A DNA stretch of 64,000 nt from an uncultured Burkholderiales bacterium (lineage in GTDB: Bacteria; Actinomycetota; Acidimicrobiia; IMCC26256; JAMXLJ01): assembly GCA_964548555.1 (NCBI GenBank), contig CAZJSY010000001.1:18905-82904 (forward strand), in the 5' to 3' direction. This document shows positions 36,427-43,484 of the stretch, piece after piece. The translations under genes were made by a program, and so were the position numbers. Within the stretch, counting starts at the first letter, position 1, and each line of letters starts with the position of its first letter. The notes below the pieces were generated by a model. The model saw only the letters and a list, made by a program, of their open reading frames with translations. It ran no database searches and was not told the origin of the DNA.

Positions 36427-37022
36427 CGTTCACACCGAAGGTGGGCGAACCAGCGGCCCCGGTCGGACCAGACGTACACCGGCGCGAAGCGCGAGGCGCG
36501 CGCGATCGCGTCGAGATCGGACACCGTCACGCATGCCCACTTGAACCACGGGCCGGGGACACCGTCGATCTCGAAACGCACGAGACGTGGACCGCGCGGT
36601 GCGGAGCTCGGCTCCAGCTCGACCAACACCGTGCCCGATCGGTGCACGAGACGTCGAACCCGTTGCAACAGCGCCACGGGATCACCACCGATGCCGATGT
36701 TGCCGTCGAGCAGCAGCACGGTGGACCATCGGCCGGTTCCGGGAACGTGATCGAACACGGAGCGCTCGATCACGGAGGCACCTCGACGGCGCGCGATGTC
36801 GAGCACTCCGGTTGTCACGTCGATACCGAGCGCCGGAATTCCACGCTCGGCAAGGGCGACGACATGGCGACCCGGTCCACAACCGATGTCGAGCACCGGT
36901 CCCGACACCCGCTCGAGCAGGCCGGTATCGATCGTGTCCGCGGTCCCGAACCAACGGTTCGTAGGAACCGACAGCAGCGAGCCTGACGCGTCGCGCATGC
37001 TGACGGCGGCGGTCGTGCTCAC
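36423..37022 (-). CDS. Class I SAM-dependent methyltransferase
   Basis: GTG start overlaps the upstream stop (GTGA). Motif I VLDIGCGPGRH. Confidence 0.8.
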   Translation of the reverse strand: MSTTAAVSMRDASGSLLSVPTNRWFGTADTIDTGLLERVSGPVLDIGCGPGRHVVALAERGIPALGIDVTTGVLDIARRRGASVIERSVFDHVPGTGRWSTVLLLDGNIGIGGDPVALLQRVRRLVHRSGTVLVELEPSSAPRGPRLVRFEIDGVPGPWFKWACVTVSDLDAIARASRFAPVYVWSDRGRWFAHLRCER

Positions 37023-37678
37023 ACCGCAGCCTTGCGGCGCTCGATGGTCGCGAGGCGGCGACCGAATCGCGTGGATGGCGCATCGGACGCGACCGCAATG
37101 GCGTCGGCCCACACGTCGACGTCACGAACACGGGGGAGCAGGTGCACCTCCAGCCCCAGGTGGTTCAGGCGCTCGAGCTGTGCGAGCGCCGTGACGCGCG
37201 AGCTCATGGGCACACCGAAGAAGACCCTCGGGTCCGAGCGCCGCAGGCCGATCGCCCAATAGCCACCGTCGGGAGCCGGGCCGAGCACCGCGTCGGGCCC
37301 GCTGTGCGGCCCTCGCGCGACCAGTGCCGCGGCCGCGCCGCGCAGCATGCCGGCCGTGACCTGAGGCGTGTCCATACCGAGCAGCAACGCAGGGCCTCCG
37401 ACGTCGACGAAGGCGTTCGCGAGCCGGTCGTCGAGCCCGTCGCCGCGTTGCGGAACGACCGCGAACCCGGGCGGTAGCCACGGGCCCGGCGCCCCGTCGA
37501 GCGCAAGCACCCGCCGAGCCGCACCGGTCGCGGTCACCGCAGCCAGCGTGTCGAGCAACGAAGCCTCCGCCAGCGCGGCGGCATCCATCGCCGTGCATGG
37601 CGGGCAGAGTCGCGTCTTGACCCTACCCGGCGCGGGAGCCTTCGCGAGCACGATGAAGGCAACCTCGTCGACGCTCAC
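37019..37678 (-). CDS. DUF2064-type (TIGR04282-like) glycosyltransferase-fold protein
   Basis: N-terminal FIVLAKAPAPGRVKTRL and later GDGLDDRL..GMDTPQ motifs, which I recall as the DUF2064 signature. GTGA overlap with the upstream GT2. Confidence 0.7.
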   Translation of the reverse strand: MSVDEVAFIVLAKAPAPGRVKTRLCPPCTAMDAAALAEASLLDTLAAVTATGAARRVLALDGAPGPWLPPGFAVVPQRGDGLDDRLANAFVDVGGPALLLGMDTPQVTAGMLRGAAAALVARGPHSGPDAVLGPAPDGGYWAIGLRRSDPRVFFGVPMSSRVTALAQLERLNHLGLEVHLLPRVRDVDVWADAIAVASDAPSTRFGRRLATIERRKAAV

Positions 37679-38331
37679 GAAGCCCCCTGACCGGCCAGCA
37701 CGCGCAACATGTCATGAGTCGTCCGAATGCACCCGCGCATCGTGCCCGTTACCTTCGAGCGTCCGATGCGCGGTCCGTGCGAGACCGGCACCTCGACGAT
37801 CCGCCAACCGTCGTCGGCTGCACGCACCACCATCTCGAGTGGCCAGCCGAATCGCCGGTCGCGCAACCGCAGTGCGAGCAGCGCGTCGCGGCGAGCCGCT
37901 CGCATCGGCCCGATGTCCGACAGGTGCACGCCGGTTCGGCGCCGCACCCCCGCGGCCAGAACTGCGTTGGCGACTCGCGTGTGGAGCGGGACGCGTCCCC
38001 TGCCTGTTCCCCGCGCGCCGAGGACGAGGTCGGCCTCACCGTGCAACACGGGCGCGGCAACAAGCGGAAGCTCTGCCGCACTGAGTGAGCCGTCGCAGTC
38101 CATGAAACACACGACGTCGGTTTCGGCGGCGAGAAGACCGCGGAAGCAGGCGGCGCCGAATCCGCGCACCGATTCCGTCACGACGCGCGCGCCGAGGACT
38201 CGTGCCACCGACGCGGAGCCGTCGGTCGAACCGTTGTCGACGACGATCGGGTCGTAGCCACGGGGAATGCCACCCAGCACCGCCGGGAGCGCGTCCGCCT
38301 CGTCGAGGACCGGAAGGATCACGTCGGGCAT
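37675..38331 (-). CDS. Family 2 glycosyltransferase (small, soluble; polyprenyl-phosphate-sugar-synthase-like)
   Basis: ATG 38331. ILPVLDEADALP, VVDNGSTDGS and a DCD (DxD-like) motif. 218 aa. Confidence 0.8.
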   Translation of the reverse strand: MPDVILPVLDEADALPAVLGGIPRGYDPIVVDNGSTDGSASVARVLGARVVTESVRGFGAACFRGLLAAETDVVCFMDCDGSLSAAELPLVAAPVLHGEADLVLGARGTGRGRVPLHTRVANAVLAAGVRRRTGVHLSDIGPMRAARRDALLALRLRDRRFGWPLEMVVRAADDGWRIVEVPVSHGPRIGRSKVTGTMRGCIRTTHDMLRVLAGQGAS

Positions 38332-38377
38332 GCGTCGACCGTAACGATGCAGCGGGTCAACGGGTACGGGTGACACG

Positions 38378-38394
38378 CTTACGATTTTCGAAAC
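38378..38394. repeat. AT-rich 17-mer CTTACGATTTTCGAAAC, copy 1
   Basis: Exact copy of 49425-49441. Contains the TTTCGAAA palindrome and a TACGAT hexamer. Lies in the GT2-operon / OYE divergent promoter. Confidence 0.8.
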
Positions 38395-38474
38395 TCGCAC
38401 GCGCGGGGACCCGCGGAGATTCGGCGTGAGCGCCGGCGTTCGACGGGACACCGGGAATGTGAGAGAACTACACG

Positions 38475-39728
38475 ATGACTTCGACGTCGCATCCCCCGCA
38501 TCCCTTCTCGCCGGGCAGGCTCGGCCCTCTGATGCTGCGCAACCGGATGATCAAGGCTGCGACGTTCGAGGGCATGGCGCCTCGTCACGTCGTCACCGAC
38601 GCGTTGATCGATTACCACCGCGCCGTTGCCGAAGGCGGTGTTGCCATGACCACGCTCGCGTACTGCGCAGTCGGTGAAGACGGTCAGGGCGCGCCGGGTG
38701 AGATCCTCATGACCGAGGACGCAGTGGCGGGGCTGCGACGGTTCACGGACGCGATCCACGAGACGGGGGCGGCCGCGTCGATCCAGCTGGGTCATGCGGG
38801 CCCCGTCGCAGCGGGCACCGGACACCAGGGCCTCGCGCCCTCGAAGGTCTTCGCGCCGCAGGCCCTGCGGTTCACGCGCGCGGTGACCGAAGAGGACCTC
38901 GCGCGCATCACGAACGACTTCGCGCGCGCAGGCCGGCTCGCCGTGGAGGCCGGATTCGACGCCCTCGAACTGCACTTCGGGCACGGTTATCTCGTCAGCG
39001 CGTTCCTCAGCCCCAAACTGAACAAGCGAACCGACCGGTGGGGCGGGTCGATTCAGAACCGCGCTCGGCTCGCACGCAACATCGCGACCGCCGTTCGCGA
39101 GGCCGTCGGCTCCGAGGTCGCGGTGCTCGCGAAGCTCAACATGGCCGACGGGGTCATGGGTGGACTCTGGCTCGACGAGAGCATCGTCGCGGCACGACTG
39201 CTCGAGGCGGACGGCGCGCTCGACGCGCTGGAGCTCACCGGCGGTAGCTCGTTCCAGAACCCCATGTATCTGTTTCGTGGCGAGGCCCCGATCGCCGAGA
39301 TGGCCGTGGCGTTCCCGCCTCCGCTCCGTCTCGGGTTCAAGCTCACCGCGAAGCGGTTCATGCCCGAGTATCCCTTCGAGGAGGCGTACTTCCTCCAGTA
39401 CGCGCGACAGTTCCGCGAGGCGCTCGACATGCCGTTGGTCCTGCTCGGCGGTGTGACGCGGTTCGAGACGGTCGAACGCGCGCTGGCGGAGGGCTTCGCG
39501 TTCGTCGCCATGGGACGTGCGTTACTGCGCGAACCCGATCTCATCCAGCGGTGGGAGAAGGGTGACACCACGGAGTCGCTGTGCGTGCACTGCAACAAGT
39601 GCATGCCGACCATCTATTCGGGGACGCACTGCGTGCTGGTGGCGCCCGAGCGCCGTCCGGGTGTCTCGCTGCTGGCCGCGGCCCGGGGAACCCGGCCGAG
39701 GCGAGATCGACACGCTGAGCGTTTGTAG
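38475..39728 (+). CDS. NADH:flavin oxidoreductase (Old Yellow Enzyme / 2,4-dienoyl-CoA-reductase N-domain family)
   Basis: LRNRMIKAATFEGM N-terminus, HFGHGYLVSAFLSP active-site region and RWGGSIQNRARL. Confidence 0.85.
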   Translation: MTSTSHPPHPFSPGRLGPLMLRNRMIKAATFEGMAPRHVVTDALIDYHRAVAEGGVAMTTLAYCAVGEDGQGAPGEILMTEDAVAGLRRFTDAIHETGAAASIQLGHAGPVAAGTGHQGLAPSKVFAPQALRFTRAVTEEDLARITNDFARAGRLAVEAGFDALELHFGHGYLVSAFLSPKLNKRTDRWGGSIQNRARLARNIATAVREAVGSEVAVLAKLNMADGVMGGLWLDESIVAARLLEADGALDALELTGGSSFQNPMYLFRGEAPIAEMAVAFPPPLRLGFKLTAKRFMPEYPFEEAYFLQYARQFREALDMPLVLLGGVTRFETVERALAEGFAFVAMGRALLREPDLIQRWEKGDTTESLCVHCNKCMPTIYSGTHCVLVAPERRPGVSLLAAARGTRPRRDRHAERL

Positions 39729-39772
39729 CGTCCACTACGAGGACATACTGGGGGGTGTAGTATTCGCTACAA
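39723..39772 (+). other. Extended imperfect hairpin, or tandem TGTAG-N6-CTAC sites
   Basis: TTGTAGCG (39723-30) pairs with CGCTACAA (39765-72). Inner ACTAC (39734-38) pairs with GTAGT (39757-61), leaving an 18-nt loop. The OYE stop codon TAG lies inside the stem. The element is 42 nt upstream of the membrane-protein gene. Confidence 0.5.
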
Positions 39773-39813
39773 GTACCCGGATCGCCGTCATACGCTGACG
39801 AAAGGAGCGGCGG

Positions 39814-40560
39814 ATGCATGCCGTGCTGCTCGCCTCGGCAGCGTTCCTGGCCTCCGCCGTCGAGATGGTGGAGGCGCTGACCATCGTCCTCGCCGTCGGC
39901 GTCACGCGGGGATGGCGCTCCGCGTCCTTCGGAGTGGTCAGTGCTCTCGCGGCGTTGACGCTCGTTGTGGCCGCCCTCGGCCCGGCGCTCACCCACATTC
40001 CCATCGATGCACTGCGGCTCCTCGTCGGCGGCGTGTTGCTGGTGTTCGGGCTGCAGTGGTTGCGCAAGGCGATCCTGCGTGCCGGTGGTGTCAAGGATCT
40101 TCACGACGAGGACGCCATCTATCAGGCCGAGGTCGCGTTGCTGCGAGCGCAGGGCGCGCGGGTGGCGCACGACTGGTACGCCTTCACGCTCGCCTTCAAG
40201 GGCGTGTTCCTCGAAGGTCTCGAGGTGGCGTTCATCATCGTGACGTTCGGGAGCGCACAACATCAGGTCGGCCTGGCCGCCATCGGCGCCGTCAGCGCGC
40301 TCGTCGTCGTGCTCATCGCAGGGATCATCGTGCACCGGCCGCTCGCGCGGGTTCCGGAGAACTCGCTCAAGTTCGGCGTCGGCGTGATGCTGAGCGCGTT
40401 CGGCATCTTCTGGAGCGCAGAGGGTGCGGGCGCGAAATGGCCCGGAAGTGACGCGGCCATTCTTGGTCTGATCGCCTGCATTCTCGCGGTGTCGTTCGGC
40501 TTGATCGCGCGGCTGCGTTCGCGTCCGGACCGCCCGCAACACGTAGGAGCGCTGTCATGA
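39814..40560 (+). CDS. Polytopic membrane protein (COG4280-like), function unknown
   Basis: ATG 6 nt after AAAGGAG. Two repeated hydrophobic halves, each with an acidic E-x-x-E-like motif (AVEMVEALTIVLA and FLEGLEVAFIIVT). Confidence 0.7.
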   Translation: MHAVLLASAAFLASAVEMVEALTIVLAVGVTRGWRSASFGVVSALAALTLVVAALGPALTHIPIDALRLLVGGVLLVFGLQWLRKAILRAGGVKDLHDEDAIYQAEVALLRAQGARVAHDWYAFTLAFKGVFLEGLEVAFIIVTFGSAQHQVGLAAIGAVSALVVVLIAGIIVHRPLARVPENSLKFGVGVMLSAFGIFWSAEGAGAKWPGSDAAILGLIACILAVSFGLIARLRSRPDRPQHVGALS

Positions 40561-40760
40561 CGAAGTTTCGGCGCTTCGGCCGCTTCTGGTACGACTTCCT
40601 CCTCGGCGACGATTGGACGGTCGCGGTCGCCGTCGTGTTCGCACTCGGCGCGACGGCGGCGCTGGCGCAGGCCGGAAGCACCGCATGGTTCGTCATGCCC
40701 CTCGCGGTGTTCGGGATCTTGAGCCTTTCCGTGTACCGAGCCGTCCGCTCGCGACCCTGA
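40557..40760 (+). CDS. Small 2-TM membrane protein, hypothetical
   Basis: ATGA overlap with the upstream stop. 67 aa with two hydrophobic helices. Confidence 0.55.
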   Translation: MTKFRRFGRFWYDFLLGDDWTVAVAVVFALGATAALAQAGSTAWFVMPLAVFGILSLSVYRAVRSRP

Positions 40761-40781
40761 CCGTCGAGGCACCGGTCCGAC

Positions 40782-41660
40782 ATGTCGCACAGGTCGCCTG
40801 AGGACTCGCTCGCGCAACGGGTCGTAGCGCTCGGCGCGCAACTGTCGCCCGCCGAACGACGGGTCGCGGAATACCTGCTCGAGGCTCCACCCGAGGAGCT
40901 CCTGCTGTCGGCGGCCGGTCTCGCCGAGCGGCTCTCGACGAGCGACGCGACCGTCGTTCGCACCGCGAAGGCGCTCGGGTACGGCGGGCTCGCAGAGCTT
41001 CGCCGCGCCGTGGCGGCCCGAGACAACGAGCCGCCGCTCGCGGAACGGCTGCGTAGGACGCTGGCCGAGACGCCACCCGACGAGTTGTTGGGTGCCAGCA
41101 TCGCGAACCACCTCGCCGCGCTCGGCACGCTCACCCGACACGTCACCCCCGAGCTGTTCCAGCACGCGGTCGACCTGCTCGCGTCCAGTGCGCGAGTCGT
41201 GTGGCGGGGTGTGGGCCCGTCCGCTCATCTCGCCGCGTACGGGGAGTTCCTCTGCCGCAGGATCGGAAGGCCGAGCGGCGCGCTGGTGCACACCGGCACC
41301 TCGTTCGCCGACGAGCTGCTCGACATCCGCCGCGGGGATGCCGTGGTCGCGCTCGCGTACGGACGCCTGCAACCGCACGTCCGTCTGCTTGCTGATCGGG
41401 CCGACACTCTGCAGGTTCCGGTGCTGCTCGTGACCGACGCAGTGGGCCACCGCTTGCGCGACCGGGTCGCGGTCACCCTCCCGACAGGGCGTGGGTCGCC
41501 GGGACTCTTCGCGAGCCACGGCACGACGCTTCTCCTGATCGAGGGTCTCGTCCTGGGGCTCGCCGCGGCCGACGAACCGGCGGCCGAGGCAAGCCTCGCC
41601 ATGCTCAACGACCTGCGCGCCGAGCTCACCGGTCGGCGCATCGATGTGGACTCGTCGTAG
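40782..41660 (+). CDS. MurR/RpiR family transcriptional regulator (HTH + SIS domain)
   Basis: N-terminal HTH_6-like LSPAERRVAEYLL...SDATVVRTAKALGYGG and a C-terminal SIS-like region. Confidence 0.85.
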   Translation: MSHRSPEDSLAQRVVALGAQLSPAERRVAEYLLEAPPEELLLSAAGLAERLSTSDATVVRTAKALGYGGLAELRRAVAARDNEPPLAERLRRTLAETPPDELLGASIANHLAALGTLTRHVTPELFQHAVDLLASSARVVWRGVGPSAHLAAYGEFLCRRIGRPSGALVHTGTSFADELLDIRRGDAVVALAYGRLQPHVRLLADRADTLQVPVLLVTDAVGHRLRDRVAVTLPTGRGSPGLFASHGTTLLLIEGLVLGLAAADEPAAEASLAMLNDLRAELTGRRIDVDSS

Positions 41661-41765
41661 CGCGGTCGCTCCGATGCCAGATGCTGCAGCTGCATAGAGA
41701 CACCGGCCGAACGCAAGTCGTGGTGTACCGCCACCAGGCATTGACAGCGCGGTGACACTCTTCGC

Positions 41766-43484
41766 ATGGAGCTGCTCGCAGCCCCATTGGGCAGGATGAA
41801 ATCGCACTACGACGTGATCGTCATCGGGTCCGGATACGGGGGTGGGATCGCGGCGTCTCGCCTCGCGCGTGATCGCCGCTCCGTCTGCGTGCTGGAGCGG
41901 GGTCAAGAGCGGCCGCCGGGGGACCACCCCGAGACGCTCCGGGACGCGATGCGACAAGTCCAACTGCGCGCCGGGCGCCGCCAGATCGGTCCGCTCGACG
42001 CGCTGTTCGACTTCCGCGCCGGTGAAGACATCAACGTGCTGGTCGGTTGCGCCCTCGGAGGAACATCGATCATCAACGCCAACGTCGCGATGAAGCCCGA
42101 CCGGCGGATCTTCGACGAGCGTTGGCCGGCCGCCTTGCGCCGTCGCAAGGATCCGCTGTTGCAGGAGGGTTACCGCGCCGCTCAAGAGATGTTGGGATCA
42201 AGGCGCTATCCGTCGAGCTGGCAGCCACTGAAGAAGCTCGAGGCGCTCGATGCGTCCGCCGTCGGGCTGGGCATCCACGCCAAGAGACCGAAGATCAACG
42301 TCACCTTCACGGCCGGCAAGAACAAGGCCGGGAAGCACCAGGAAGCATGCACGCTGTGCGGCAACTGCGTCTCGGGCTGCAACGAAGGAGCGAAGAACAC
42401 GGTGCTCGCGACGTATCTGTACGACGCGCACAGACACGGCGCCGAGATCTTCACCGAATGCGAGGTTTGGACGGTGAGCCCTCGCAAGAAGGGCGGCTGG
42501 ACGGTCGAGTTCCGGTCTGGAGCGGCAGGCAGGGATCGCTTCGAGGCGCCGAACCAGTTCGTCACCGGCGACGTCGTCGTGCTCGCGGCGGGCACCCTGG
42601 GGTCTACCGAGATCCTGCTGCGGTCGCAGCGGGCCGGCCTTCGTACGTCCGAGATGCTCGGTCAGAACTTCTCCGCCAACGGCGACGTCATCGGCTTCGC
42701 GTTCGACAGCCAAACTGTCGCGAACGGCATCGGACGGCGCCGTCGCCAACCCGCAGCCGATCCGGCAGGGCCGTGCATCACGGGCGTCATCCATGTCGAC
42801 GATCCGGTGCACGTCAAGGACGAGCTCGTGATCGAGGATGCGGTCCTGCCGGGTCTGTTTGCTTCCGTACTGCCGGCGGCCTTCTCACTCGCCGCGATCT
42901 TGGTGCGGCAGAACGGACACGGCCAGAACCGAACCCTGGTAAGCGAGCTGACCCGCGCGGTGAAAACCGTGGTCGGCGGCGCGTATCGAGGCGTCATGCG
43001 CAACAGCCAGAGCTATCTGGTGATGAGCAGCGACGACGCGCGCGGTCACTTGGCGCTTGACGGCGATCGGGTCGCCGTACGTTGGCACGGTGCAGGTATC
43101 CGTCCGCCATACGCGCGCGACAACGGCATCCTCGAGCGTGCTGCCCGCGGCATCGGCGGCGAGTACATACCCGATCCACTGTGGATGCGCCGTAAGCACT
43201 CGCTGATCACGGTGCACCCCCTCGGTGGCTGCGTCATGGCGGACGACGCGACGCGCGGCGTCGTCGACAACCGCGGGCGGGTGTACTCCCGCACATGGGG
43301 GAAGACGTTCTACGACGGCCTCTATGTCGCGGACGGTTCGATCGTTCCGAGCGCGCTCGGCGTGAACCCCTTGTTGACAATCTCCGCGCTCGCGGAGCGC
43401 ATCTGCACCTTGCTCATTCAGGAAGATCGGTGGGGACGAAGGAATGCGCACAAGCGGAAGCAGAGGCGCGAGCACGGGAGTTGA
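41766..43484 (+). CDS. GMC-family FAD oxidoreductase (cholesterol-oxidase-like)
   Basis: YDVIVIGSGYGGGIAASRLA FAD motif and C-terminal HPLGGCVM..GLYVADGS. Start may be 41799 (MKSHYD). Confidence 0.85.
   Translation: MELLAAPLGRMKSHYDVIVIGSGYGGGIAASRLARDRRSVCVLERGQERPPGDHPETLRDAMRQVQLRAGRRQIGPLDALFDFRAGEDINVLVGCALGGTSIINANVAMKPDRRIFDERWPAALRRRKDPLLQEGYRAAQEMLGSRRYPSSWQPLKKLEALDASAVGLGIHAKRPKINVTFTAGKNKAGKHQEACTLCGNCVSGCNEGAKNTVLATYLYDAHRHGAEIFTECEVWTVSPRKKGGWTVEFRSGAAGRDRFEAPNQFVTGDVVVLAAGTLGSTEILLRSQRAGLRTSEMLGQNFSANGDVIGFAFDSQTVANGIGRRRRQPAADPAGPCITGVIHVDDPVHVKDELVIEDAVLPGLFASVLPAAFSLAAILVRQNGHGQNRTLVSELTRAVKTVVGGAYRGVMRNSQSYLVMSSDDARGHLALDGDRVAVRWHGAGIRPPYARDNGILERAARGIGGEYIPDPLWMRRKHSLITVHPLGGCVMADDATRGVVDNRGRVYSRTWGKTFYDGLYVADGSIVPSALGVNPLLTISALAERICTLLIQEDRWGRRNAHKRKQRREHGS

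Noticed and set aside
39739-39761. GACATAC and GGGGGGTGTAG words reminiscent of the yybP-ykoY (Mn2+) riboswitch, upstream of a membrane protein.
   Set aside because: The conserved elements are in the wrong order relative to the consensus, and the four-way architecture cannot be drawn. I treated the region only as a generic structured element.
41685-41694. 10-bp palindrome TGCAGCTGCA upstream of the GMC oxidoreductase gene, considered as an operator.
   Set aside because: It is a single short occurrence with no second copy or flanking half-site pattern. That is insufficient evidence.
40263-42185. 640-aa minus-strand ORF crossing four plus-strand genes.
   Set aside because: It has no motifs. 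It spans genes with SD-linked starts and clear HTH/SIS and FAD-binding signatures on the other strand.
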